From: Candidatus Latescibacterota bacterium
Lineage (GTDB): Bacteria > Latescibacterota > UBA2968
Length of the DNA stretch: 64,000 nucleotides
Assembly (NCBI GenBank): GCA_965198115.1
Contig: OZ240241.1
Span: 3,520,001-3,584,000, forward strand
Direction of reading: 5' to 3'
A program made the translations under genes and the position numbers. Below are positions 1-10,754 of this stretch, in pieces (position 1 is the first letter of the stretch; every line of letters begins with the position of its first letter). The notes under the pieces were generated by a model. It was given only the letters and a program-made list of their open reading frames with translations, searched no databases and was not told where the DNA came from.

Positions 1-91
1 CGAGGAGAAAGCTGGAGAGCAGGAAGTAGCCTCAACTGTCGCGTAGCCAACGAAACAGAGGGGGTGCGTCGATCCGCATCCCCCTTCGCTT

Positions 92-391
92 ATGGGGCGA
101 CACCTGGTGGACTGGGTTTTCGTAGGAATCATGGTCGGATCGATCGCCTACCTCGCGTTGATCGTCCTGGCATTCATAGAAAACTATCGCGAGAACAAGG
201 CTAAGATCGAGCAGACGAGGACCGACGTCGATCGCGTCGACGAGCAACTGCGCGAGTCGGAACACGCGCGCAAGGAAGCCGAGGACCGAGCCAGCAAGCT
301 CGAAGAAGAAGCGCTTATGTACGAGCAGCAAATCACCGAACTGCAGGGAAAGATTCGTGTGGCCATGCCCGACGGATCGGACATGAACTAA
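92..391 (+). CDS. small membrane-anchored coiled-coil hypothetical protein
   Basis: One hydrophobic segment (VFVGIMVGSIAYLALIVLAFI) followed by an E/K/R-rich heptad region. Start codon uncertain. Confidence 0.65.
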   Translation: MGRHLVDWVFVGIMVGSIAYLALIVLAFIENYRENKAKIEQTRTDVDRVDEQLRESEHARKEAEDRASKLEEEALMYEQQITELQGKIRVAMPDGSDMN

Positions 392-2507
392 GGCTGTCCA
401 CCCAGAATCATCGCAAAAGCGATGAGGTCCGTGAAATCGACCACCCCATCGCCGTTCAGATCGAACGCACTCCCAAAAACAGGTTCCCCCTCCGCACTCC
501 CGAACGCATCCGCAAAACTATCCGCATCGCTCTGTCCGCCGACGACGTAGTCTCCATCCAGGTCCCCGGGCGGCGGCGCTTACAGCACGGTAACCTGAAC
601 CTCACCCGTTACCTGCTCGCCTTTCGCATCTTCCAACACGTAGAAAAACGTGTCAACGCCCTCGAACGTCTCATTGGGGTCGTAAAGGATACCGTTCTGG
701 ATGACCTGTGCGGTTCCGGATCCGGGCGGTCCTGCCGAAGCCACGAAAATGATGTCGCCATCCGGGTCACTGTCATTGGCGAGTACGTCGACGACGGTCG
801 ATCGGTCGACGCCCGTCGTTGCGTGGTCGATCATCGCAACGGGTAACGAATTCTGAAAGACATCGACGAAGATCTGGCCGGCCGCGACGCCGCCTTTATC
901 GTCTGCGAGAAGATAGCCGAAGACGTCCTGACCGATGAACTGTGCGTCAGCCACGTAACGAACGGTTCCGTCGTTCAGCAGCTCCGCGTTGCCCGCCATG
1001 TCACCCGAAGTTACTTCCCGGACCGACAGGATGTCGCCATTCGGATCCTCGTCATTCGCAAGAGCCGAAATCTCGACCGACCTGCCCGCGGAACCCTCGC
1101 CGTGTCGGGTCTGGCGATCGGGTCATCGTTCACGGCGACAATGACGACAACCAGACCCGTGTCGGTCACGGACGAGTCGTCGACGACCACGTATGTGAAC
1201 AGATCTTGCCCATCCATCTGCGCGGGTGGTGCATACTCCACAACGCCCAGCTGCTTGGCCACGACAACGTGACGCTCGCCAGATCCCCCCACTCCCGCCT
1301 ACCGCATCGTCCGCGGTCAGCGTTAGGGATTCCTGGTCGGCCGTAGCGTTGTAGATCAACGAAGTGAAGGCCGCGACCCTCAAACTCGCGTTGACCTGGT
1401 CGTTCGTGAATGATCCCGACGCCTAAGTCGTTATCGTAATGAGGTCGGTGACGTCCTGATCGACCGTGCCCGCCGCGTCTGTCGCCTCCACTTCAGGATG
1501 GGTCGTCAGAACCTGACCGTTGACCACAACGGCCGGTGCCTGCGAGAAAGCCAGCCGATCGGCAATCACGTCTGCGCTCAACGCGCCTGCTGTCGTTGTG
1601 GGAGTAAGGTCGGCCCCCTCCCGTAGCATCGTCGAATGTGACCGTCACCGTCTCACCGTCGGCCGTAGCGGCGTAAGAGAGATTCGTAAAGGTCCGCCAG
1701 AAGGTGTGATCGTCAGCGTGCCGCTGAGCGTGCCCGGACTCGCCGTGGCGTCGAAATCCTCACTGAAATCGATATCGATGTTGCCGTTGGCATCCCTCGC
1801 CGACACGATCGGCTGGGTGTCGAACGTGGTGCCACTCACGATTTCGTCGTTTGCCGTGTCGAACACATTAGCGTCGGCCGGCTCCGTGTCGACGACCAGC
1901 TGCGTAGCCACGATGTCGACGAGAACACTGTTCGCATCGTTCGCCGTGAAAGCCGTACCGAACCCACCACTGCCTGTGAAGGCCCCACCGGCGCCAAAGC
2001 TGAGACGGAAAGCGCGTCCGTCCGCAATCGTATTTTTCATCGTCCCGGTTACGAAGTAGTAGGTCAGCGCTGCGGGAACCTCGTCCGAAAAAGAGAAGCT
2101 GGAAGCGGCGTCGATACCGATCGATGTCTCGGGCAAGGTAGCGACGCTCACCTCATTGCCGTCGAGTGTCGGGCTGACTGGATTTCTGTAGAGTGTCAAC
2201 TGCTGGAAATCCGACTGGGCTATCGTTCCACCGGCGCTGAGATTCTCGATCGTGATGTTCAGGGCAAGGAACGCTGTCGTACATCGCCTGTGAAAGCGAT
2301 GGTCCATACGACCGATTCGCTGCCAGAGCCCACCGAAACGACTCCAGACACCGTTGCGGCATCGTTTGTCATCGTGACGACGGCAACCGATTCGCCTGTG
2401 ACGACAAATAGGAGAACGAGGGCCAACGAGACGAATCCAGGGATTCGCCGGTTGGCTACGGGACCGCCACACCCCGACGATGCGGCGGACAAGCAAGAAC
2501 CCGACAT
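388..2507 (-). pseudogene. disrupted secreted Ig-like/cadherin-like repeat protein with C-terminal dockerin/EF-hand-like tail
   Basis: Signal-like segment (FVSLALVLLFVV), beta-rich T/S/D-rich fragments in several frames, and Big_9-type repeats (DVLANDSDPDGD...YDPNETFEGVDTFFY). In-frame TAG at 1423-1425 and TAA at 580-582. After the TAA the same frame reads GDLDGD...FADAFGS...FDLNGDGVVDFTDLIAFA to TAG at 388-390. Confidence 0.7.
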
Positions 2508-2528
2508 GGAGGAGAAAGTCCCGACAAT

Positions 2529-3491
2529 TCAGGAAGGATTGGGTGCTACAACATAGCCTTTCACTTTATCCACGACGTTCAGTAGCGGCTCTCCCGAACA
2601 GAACCGTCTGACATTCTCGACGATGACCGTATCTCTACGCTTCTGAATCTGGGGAGACGTTCCCGCAACGTGGGGCGTGATAAGACATTGCTCCAATGAC
2701 CAAAGGCGGTGATCCGGGGGCAGGGGTTCCTCCTCGAACACATCGAGACCCGCCCCGCGGAGCCGTCCGGATTCCAGGGCATCGGCCAGGGAGGACAGGT
2801 CGACGACCTTGCCTCGACCGATGTTCACGAGCACCGCATCCTGTTTCATCTGGAAGATGGCACGCTCGTCCATCATATACTCTGTCTCACCCGTATGGGG
2901 AACGCAGATAGCGACGAAATCCGATTGTTTGAGCATCTCCTGGAGGTCGGAGGGGTCGTAGATGGTTTCAACGTAATCGGGGCGATCCTTGGGTGCGGGA
3001 TCCACCCCAAAGACCCGCATGTCGAAGGCGTGTGCACGCTTGCACACCTCCAGCCCGATCCCACCCAGCCCGATCACACCCATCGTCGTGCCGCCCAGAT
3101 GTATCACGGGTGCGCCGCTTTCCCATCTTCCCTCGAGGCGACGCGCGTGATAGAGATGCATGCCTCGCGCAAACATCAGAACGAACGCGAAAACGTGGTC
3201 GGCGATCACGTCGCTGTAGATGCCGCGCAGGTTGGTCATCGTGACATCGCTCGCCCGAAGTTCGGAGAAGAAATAGTTATCGAGGCCGGCGCTCGTGGCC
3301 TGGATCCAGCGCAACTGCTTTCCGGCCGCCAGCAAGGGCGCCGTGATTCGGCCATAGAAGCAATCCGCGTCGACAATGGCTTCGACGGCCTCTTGATCTG
3401 ATTCCGGACCGCTAACTTCGACATCCAGGTCTCTGATCGCCGAGATGACGTGGTCAGCCAGAATGGGACGCATAACCATCTTCGTGGACAC
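2529..3491 (-). CDS. D-2-hydroxyacid dehydrogenase (NAD-binding)
   Basis: GVIGLGGIG Rossmann motif plus NIGRG, LDVFEEEPL and TPHVAG motifs. GTG start at 3491 with AAGGAG upstream. Confidence 0.92.
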   Translation of the reverse strand: MSTKMVMRPILADHVISAIRDLDVEVSGPESDQEAVEAIVDADCFYGRITAPLLAAGKQLRWIQATSAGLDNYFFSELRASDVTMTNLRGIYSDVIADHVFAFVLMFARGMHLYHARRLEGRWESGAPVIHLGGTTMGVIGLGGIGLEVCKRAHAFDMRVFGVDPAPKDRPDYVETIYDPSDLQEMLKQSDFVAICVPHTGETEYMMDERAIFQMKQDAVLVNIGRGKVVDLSSLADALESGRLRGAGLDVFEEEPLPPDHRLWSLEQCLITPHVAGTSPQIQKRRDTVIVENVRRFCSGEPLLNVVDKVKGYVVAPNPS

Positions 3492-3534
3492 AACATCTCC
3501 TTTTGTAATCTCAAATCGATTGTGAGTATTTGCA

Positions 3535-3563
3535 TATTTAACAGCAAGATAGGCTAATGTCAA
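3535..3563 (-). promoter_or_regulatory. sigma70-like promoter for the dehydrogenase
   Basis: Minus strand TTGACA-16 bp-TTAAAT in AT-rich DNA. Confidence 0.5.
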
Positions 3564-3579
3564 CTTTTCGGGGCCCCGA

Positions 3580-3608
3580 TTGACAGGCCTCATGGCCGGG
3601 AGTATCAT
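3580..3608 (+). promoter_or_regulatory. sigma70-like promoter, divergent, pointing into an ORF-poor region
   Basis: TTGACA (3580-3585)-17 bp-TATCAT (3603-3608). Confidence 0.55.
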
Positions 3609-4305
3609 TGCCTGGACGAGAACTACAGCATTCGACCAGGCACCATTAACACGATCGAGTTGTGGGAGGCTAGGGGCACCGAATCAACAAATGGGGATAC
3701 CCGAGAAGCCCAGCTACCTATGCCGACATTACGGTCAGAATGTCCGTCCACGGCGCCAAGGCTCAGGAACAGCGTTATCGGTGATTTCGCGATCGCACAC
3801 CGTGGCTTTCAGGCGCCCACATCGGGGGATTAAAGACCATGACCCATATCCCTCTGACTGGACAAGGCGATCCGCACATTCGATGCGACAAGGCTAATTA
3901 CGGCCGATCCGGCCCAGTCTACGACACAGAGTGGAACCCGTCGACTCAATGGTTTGACCGGGATGTGTCCGCCGTCGCTATCTTCGGCCTCATCGGAGGC
4001 CGCCTTCTATAATTTGCCTACACCCAAAAACCGTCTGCTCCGACAACGTTAAGCCTGGCGATAGTTTTCCCAATCGAAAAAACCTCGAGCAATGTCGCGT
4101 TCGATCTTGATCAAGAGATGGCGAGGTGCAAGTGTTTTTCCGTATGAAAACTGTCGAAGTATACCGCTCGCTTTGACAGCGGAGCGTCAATTGAGTGGAA
4201 TAGGTGCCCGGCATTAACAAGCTTTATAGATCCGGATAGTCCACGGCGTTCGGCGGCGAGAATGTCTTTCGAGTCTAGCAATTGACGTCAGGCGACCTAA
4301 AATAG

Positions 4306-5677
4306 GAGCTATAATCAAAAGTGTGGAAAAAGAGAAAGGGCGACCCTACCCTTCCCGTGAGATAGTTGATTCACACAAAACCGGGTGAGAGGCCCGGTTG
4401 GGAAGGAGGATCGCCGTGAAGGAACATACGCATAGAGCCCCATTGAAGTCCATGCCGACGTGGGAGACGGTTGACGATTGGATCCGTGAAGAGATCCAGG
4501 GCCGGTTCCAGTCCATTCTGGAGGAGGAGGCGACCGCGTTCTTGGGCCGGTCGTGGTATGAGCGCCGAGCCGAGGTTGATAGCTCCAGGGGCTACAGGAA
4601 CGGCTACGGCAAGCCCCGGCGTCTCTCGACGAGCTGCGGAACGATCAAGGTCCGGCGTCCCCGGGTTCGTGGTCTGGAAGAGCGGTTTGAAAGCCGCATC
4701 CTCCCCCTGTTCGCCCGGAGAACCAGGGCCATTGGAGATCTGCTTCCCGACCTTTATCTCCACGGTCTCTCCCAGGGCGACTTCGAGTTGTCTTTGCGTG
4801 CGCTGCTCGGTGATGGCGCGCCGCTTTCGCCGACCTCGATCGCTCGTCTTCGAGGGAAGTGGGAGGTCGACTTCCAGGACTGGAAAGAAAGGCGTCTGGA
4901 TAATCGCGAACTGGTCTACGCCTGGGCTGATGGCATCTACGTCAAAGCCGGGCTCGAGCGCGAGAAGGCGTGTCTGCTGGTCGTGATCGGCGCGATGAGC
5001 GACGGCAGCAAGGAGATCCTGGCGATAGAACCCGGTTATCGAGAGTCTACAGAATCCTGGCTCACGGTGCTCCGGGATCTCCGGGATCGCGGGCTCGAAC
5101 ATCCTGTCCTGATCGCCGCGGACGGGAATATGGGCATCTGGGCGGCCGTTGATCAGGTCTGGCCAGAGAGCCGGCAACAACGGTGCTGGAACCACAAGAT
5201 CCTCAACGTGCTCGACAAGGTCGCCAAGCGTGCACAGGCTGAAGCCCGCGCACTGCTCGTCCAGATCCCCTATGCCGGCACGAAAAAGGAGGCCGAGAAG
5301 CTCCGGAAACGCTTTGCCGCACGGTATCGCTCACAGTTCCCTGCCGCCGTGGAGACGCTCGAAAGAGACTGGGATCGGATGGTCACGTTCTACGACTTCC
5401 GAAGGAACACTGGAAACACCTGAGAACCACGAACGTCGTCGAGAGCCCCTTTGCTTCCGTTCGGCTTCGCACAAACGCCGCCAGGCGATTCAAGAAAGTC
5501 AGGAACGCCACGGCTCTCATCTGGCGTACGCTCAAGGTCGCAGAGAGCCGATTCAGGAAACTCACCGCGCCACACTTGCTACAACAAGTCTACGATCAGA
5601 AACACTCAACCGGACCGCAGGTCGAAGCCGGGAAGATGGCCGCCTGATTTCTTTTACACACCTATTGACCTGAGCTC
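4306..5677 (+). mobile_element. IS256-family insertion sequence
   Basis: Imperfect terminal IRs beginning GAGCT at both ends. 8-bp direct repeat TAAAATAG at 4298-4305 and 5678-5685. Confidence 0.92.
4416..5647 (+). CDS. IS256 (Mutator-type) DDE transposase, frameshifted at ~5400
   Basis: YRNGY, WADGIY, IAADG and QRCWNH motifs. Adding one C at ~5400 restores FYDFPKEHWKHLRTTNVVESPF and the C-terminus ending at TGA 5645-5647. Confidence 0.9.
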
Positions 5678-5720
5678 TAAAATAGATAGCGCCATGCTAA
5701 CCTGAATTATGCATAAAAAG

Positions 5721-7134
5721 GGCTCTATCCGGGTTTCTCAACGGTGAAACTATAGAATGACAAGGTCATAGATCGTTCCCTACGCTTGGTTGTGTGTGTA
5801 GGACAATCAAAGCGAAGGGGGTGCGACCTATGACCGGGAGCAGATTACTATCGAAACTGCTGAGATTCAAGGGGTTCCGTGTTGTCAGCTGGTGGTTTGA
5901 GGGGAGAAGCTGCTTCGTCATCGCCGTAAAGCCACATAAGAATGGTTGTTGTTGTCCGGAGTGCGGCCGTCGAGGTAAAATCGTCCGCACAATGCCCCAT
6001 CCGCGTCGGTGGCGTGACATTCCGGTGTGCGGGTGGAGGGTCTGGCTTCTCTACCATCCTCGGGAGATTCGGTGTCCTACCCACGGTCGTGTGGTCGAGG
6101 AGATTCCGTGGGCGGAGCGGTTCTCTCGGGTGACGTATCGCTTCGAGTATGCCATGCTGCGCTACTGCCAGACCATGACGCAGAAGGCGGCGTCCGAGTT
6201 GCTGCGCATCTCTGCCTCGACGCTGTCGGATCTCCTTCACCGATCCATCACGCGGCTTCGTGAAGGTCATCGTATCCGAGGGCTCAAAACCATCGGGATC
6301 GACGAGATCTCCTACGCCAAGCGTCACAGGTACGCCACGCTCGTTTACGATCTGGACCGCTCCTGCGTGGTGTGGGTTGGCCGCGGCAGGGCGCGTAAAA
6401 CGATCGATCGGTTCTTCACAGAGGCTCTCAGTCCCTACCGGAGATCCAAGATCGAGTGGGCCTGCTGCGACATGAGCGAAGCTTACATCGGAGCCATCCA
6501 GGAACACTGTGCCAAGCTGGTCCTCGATCGCTTTCACATCGTCAAGGCTCTCAATGCCGCCGTTGACGAGGTCCGTAAGGACCAGTGGCGTAAAGCTGCC
6601 CCGGATGAGCGCAAAGCCATGAAGGGCCTCCGATGGCTCCTCTACCGGCACTCAGCGACACGCTCCAGAGGGGATACTCGGACACTCAAAGCACTGGAGA
6701 AGGCGAACTACCGAATCTATAGAGCCTGGAGACTCAAGGACGAGTTCGAGCAGTTATGGGAATACAAAGCGCCCTGGGCTGCCGAACGCTTCCTGAAATG
6801 CTGGACGACGTCCGCACTCAGAAGTCGACTTGAACCCCTGCGAAAGTTCGTCAGGACCCTGCGACAGCACTTCTTCGGCGTCCTCGCATTCGTGAACACG
6901 CGTCTTACCAACGCCATCGCCGAAGGCCTCAACCGAATCGTCCAAATCGTCAAGAACCGAGCCAGCGGATTCCGCACACTCGACGCATTCAACGATATGA
7001 TCTTCCTTACCGTCGGAGACATAAACATCCCTGAGCAGATTCCGAAGAGGTTCCGCACACGCTAACCGCGCCCCCATGCCAGGAACCACGGCACCTTCAC
7101 CCACTTCATCTCGTTGAGAGATCCGGATATAGCC
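5721..7134 (+). mobile_element. ISL3-family insertion sequence
   Basis: IRs GGCTCTATCCGGGTTTCTCAACG and GGCTATATCCGGATCTCTCAACG. No flanking direct repeat. Confidence 0.9.
5830..7065 (+). CDS. ISL3 transposase
   Basis: N-terminal CPECG zinc finger plus IGIDE, CDMS, LDRFHIV and TNAIAEGLN motifs. Confidence 0.93.
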   Translation: MTGSRLLSKLLRFKGFRVVSWWFEGRSCFVIAVKPHKNGCCCPECGRRGKIVRTMPHPRRWRDIPVCGWRVWLLYHPREIRCPTHGRVVEEIPWAERFSRVTYRFEYAMLRYCQTMTQKAASELLRISASTLSDLLHRSITRLREGHRIRGLKTIGIDEISYAKRHRYATLVYDLDRSCVVWVGRGRARKTIDRFFTEALSPYRRSKIEWACCDMSEAYIGAIQEHCAKLVLDRFHIVKALNAAVDEVRKDQWRKAAPDERKAMKGLRWLLYRHSATRSRGDTRTLKALEKANYRIYRAWRLKDEFEQLWEYKAPWAAERFLKCWTTSALRSRLEPLRKFVRTLRQHFFGVLAFVNTRLTNAIAEGLNRIVQIVKNRASGFRTLDAFNDMIFLTVGDINIPEQIPKRFRTR

Positions 7135-7938
7135 TGCTATATGCCGCTACATATCTATGAAGGCCAAAGCGGCAAGCTCATTACGACGATCTTGAGACCC
7201 GGGCATCCGACGAACGGTAAACAGGTCGTTTCTATTCTCAAGCGCTTGGTGGAACACCTACGCGGATCTTGGCCAAACGTGGAGATCATCGTTCGCGCAG
7301 ACTCAAAGTTCAGCTCACCAGAGATGCACGATTTCTGCGAAGACAACGGTATCTACTACGTTCTGGGCCAGGGCGCCAACTCCAAGCTCAAAGCGGCTGG
7401 ACAAAACCTGATGGACCAAGCGCTACGTCTGAGCGAGCATAAGGAGACGATTCGCTTGTTCTCATCCTTCTCATATCAGGCTGGCACCTGGCGGCAGCCT
7501 CGCCGGATCATTCGCAAGGCTGAAGTCACAAACGGCGAAGCAAATCCAAGATACCTCGTGACCAATTTACAGAGTAATCGAGACGGCTTTATCTATGATC
7601 GTATCTACTGCGCAAGGGGACGCACGGAAGGCTTCATCAAGGACCACAAAACATTCCTTCACTCCGATCGAACATCGTGCCACAAGTTTGAAGCCAACCA
7701 GTTCCGACTCTTTCTACACAGTGCTGCATACGCCTTGCTTCACGCACTCCGATCACAGGGACTCAAGGGCACCGCGTGGACCAAACCTCAGGTCAACACG
7801 ATACAGAACCGTTTCCTCAAAATCGGCGCGAGAGTCATTGAAAGCGCACGAAGAATCCGATTCCATTTTCCAACATCGTATCCACTCAAAAACGTCTTGG
7901 TGTCAATCATCACCAGGCTCGAAACGAACACGCAGTAA
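7135..7938 (+). pseudogene. 5'-truncated IS1380 transposase
   Basis: CYMPLHIYEG, ILRPG, VRADSKF, YCARGRTEGFIK and FEANQFRL motifs. Begins exactly at the ISL3 right end. Confidence 0.85.
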
Positions 7939-8126
7939 CAACGCCGATCTATACCGGGGACAGCTATGTACACGTCGCAAAACAACACCTGTTCCGGACG
8001 AAAATCGTGACTCTTGCGACTCGTAGAGACCGCTTACGGGACCTTGGACATCCGAAGAAGCCGAGAACAAATCCTGTGCGTGATCACATCACTCCAAAAC
8101 AACCTAAACTCAAATTCATGCATGAT

Positions 8127-10270
8127 TCAGGCTAGTTCACTTTTGACGTCGATTGAACCACCCAGCAACTCCGCAAATCGCTTGGTAATAGACAGCCCCA
8201 GCCCCGTGCCCTTTTGCACACTGCTCTCCGAGCCTTCGGCCTGACGATATTCGTCGAAGATTGTTGGGAGTTCGTCGGATGGAATGCCCTTTCCTGTGTC
8301 AGAGACGGCAATAACAAGTTCGGATGCCGACGAACCGTCGTCCGTTGGCCGTGAACCGTGAGCCGGGCTGTCGCCCAAGGGTTTCCTGGTCCCGGGTCCC
8401 GGTTCCCGGGTCACGCTGACAGTCACGCTCCCGCTGTCCGTGAACTTGATCGCATTGCTCACCAAATTGATAACCATCTGCTGCACCCTTGCCCAATCCG
8501 TGTTCGCCTCGCCAATGCTGTCATCCACCTCCTGACGCAACTCTACGCCCTCCTGAATGAGCGGACTGACCGTGTCGCACGCCGACGCAATCAGCTCCTT
8601 CACGTCGAACCGCTCGGGGTTCACATCCATCCGACCCGCTTCGATCTTCGACAGGTCGAGGAGGTCGTTGATCATCGCCATCAGGTGATCGCTGGCCTGG
8701 TCCACCTTTTCCAGATTGTCTTTTCCTCTATCCGAAAGGTTCTGCTCACGATGGGCAACAAGGTTCGTGAACCCCTTGATCGCGTTCATCGGCGTCCGAA
8801 GCTCGTGGCTCATCGAGGCAAGGAACGTGCTCTTGTTCTGGCTCGCGGCCGCGATCTCCTGATTCCGTTCCTCGAGCTCCGTGTAAGTACGAGCGACCCT
8901 ACGAGCGAGGTGAACGGACATCACCAGGATCAGCCACGGGATCCCGAGTTGGAGAACGGCGTCGTCTCGAGAGGCAAAAAACCAGAGGCAGCCAACGAGG
9001 TAGGGCAGAAATCCAACGCAAGCGATCAATGCGTCCCGATGTTTGCGTCTCAGGGCAACGGTGAGAACGTAGCCTGCCTCGACACTCGCCACAGCCAGGA
9101 CAGCCCGTGCTACAGAAGACTGCGACCACGGAAGGCGACCGAACAGATCAAGATCACTGAGACGATCGAGGGCCATTGCCAGTAAGGCGATTCCTGCCGC
9201 GGCGGACAGGGCCCAGAACCGCTTTGGCAGACGAAGATCGAACAGGAGTAAAGGAAACGAAGGATCAGGAAGGCGATGAGGCAGGCCGTTGTGACGAGAA
9301 AAAACCTGTACGACGCTCCGGGATAGAGATCCCGCAGAGAGCCAGTGTAGTACCACACGGCAATCATCACTACGAAGGCGGCGTAGTACAGATTCGATCG
9401 CACCGCGTGGTGGAAAACGAACAGGAAGAAGTGAAGAGCCGACGCAGCAGCGGCGAAACCAACGAGCAGGAACAGTTCGAGATCTCGCCGACGTTCGAAA
9501 TCAATGGTCGTGCGCAATCCTGCCTGGAAGCCCGCTTCAGCCGTTCGCAACGTGCTCTCGAGATTGTGGGGTGGCCTTGGTATGAGCAGATCGCCCCTAT
9601 TCCGCGGACGATCGGAGCTGACGCCAGGGCCCCAGCTTAACCACCGAGATGGATACGCGAGTCGGCCCCGTCGCGGCAATGGAAGCCCTTCTGCATCACG
9701 ATCCCGGACGTGCAGCTGAAGTGGCAGAACGATGTCGTCCGACAGGTCGATGCCAAGCCCGTCTATATCGATTGCGAATTCGTATCTGTGTCCTTTGTCC
9801 TGATGGGTACCCGCCAGTTGTACGTACCGAGGGAGATCTCCCACACCCGTGGGGTCCTCGTAGATGAGATCCTCACCACGCAACTGACACTCGAACAGTA
9901 CGCTCGCCACGTCATCGTGAGATCCACCTAGGGACAGCAGGATCCCGTCTGCCTCTTGCCAACCAGTTGTGGTTCCTTCTTTGTTTCGAATCACCACGAC
10001 GGATTGATCGGTCACATCCACCGCGACGTAGAGATGACCCTTGGACCGATCGATCCCAAGCCGCATCGTCGCACTCAGGTTCAGGCTGTCGGGCTCGTCC
10101 AGCCACTTTACCGTGTCAATCGGATGCCTAGGGAGTCCGTCCGGCCAATCGCTCAGATCACCGTCGCACACGATCCCTTCCACGGGCACAGCGACCGCCA
10201 TTTCGCCGTTGTGTGCGTCGGCGCCAACGGCCAGGAGGGCGAGGAGTAAACAGGCGGCGATGCTCCTCAA
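8127..10270 (-). pseudogene. membrane sensor histidine kinase (signal peptide, DOMON/CBM9-like extracellular domain, multi-TM, HisKA, HATPase); frameshift ~9240, 3' end cut by IS1380
   Basis: FLASMSHELRTP, NLVSNAIKFT, DTGKGI and GTGLGL motifs. Ends at KSEL at the IS boundary, lacking the usual GKGSTF. Confidence 0.8.
8333..8411. repeat. two degenerate heptamer tandem arrays inserted in-frame in the kinase ATPase domain
   Basis: AACCGTC GTCCGTT GGCCGTG AACCGTG AGCCGGG (8333-8367) and TCCTGGT CCCGGGT CCCGGTT CCCGGGT (8384-8411). Confidence 0.6.
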
Positions 10271-10491
10271 GCGGTACCTCTGTCCGTTGACGAGTCGTAG
10301 CCAGCTGGAATCGACACGGTAAACGTCGTCCCCTTCCCGACCTCGCTCTCCACGCTGATCGACCCACCCAGCAACTCTGCAAATCTCTTCGTGATCGATA
10401 ACCCCAGCCCCGTTCCCTTCTGTACGCTACTCTCCGAGCCTTCGGCCTGACGATATTCATCGAAGATCGTTGGCCACTCCTCGGCGGAAAT
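10267..10491 (-). pseudogene. C-terminal remnant of a paralogous histidine kinase
   Basis: Reads PTIFDEYRQAEGSESSVQKGTGLGLSITKRFAELLGGSISVESEVGKGTTFTVSIP. Truncated at the IS3 end, and its stop overlaps the next start (TTGA). Confidence 0.8.
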
Positions 10492-10717
10492 TGACCTGCC
10501 CCCACTTTTGTGTCCACATCCAAAGTTAGGATGCGGCCGCGATGGGCAGTTTGACCACCGCCGGTGCGGGTGGTCTATAGCCTAACGCACTATGTGGTCG
10601 GACGTGATTGTAGTGCTGTCTCCACCAAGCGGTTAACACTCTGGCTTCCGGTACAGTTGTAAGGATCTCGCCGAGGTTCTTGTCGACCACAAAAGGTTCA
10701 AGGTTTGCGACGCTCAT
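10492..10717 (-). mobile_element. IS3-family remnant (integrase-core C-terminus plus right end)
   Basis: WRQHYNHVRPHSALGYRPP motif and terminal TGACCTGCCCCC at 10492. Confidence 0.8.
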
Positions 10718-10754
10718 GTTCCCTCCCGAAATCTGAGGCCCGTGGGACCTTCCA

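Larger units (their letters stand above)
5701..8131 (+). mobile_element. IS1380-family element, internally deleted and interrupted by ISL3
   Basis: Terminal IRs CCTGAATTATGCATAAA (5701) and the reverse complement of CCTGAATCATGCATGAA (ending 8131). Only the C-terminal transposase half remains. Confidence 0.82.
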
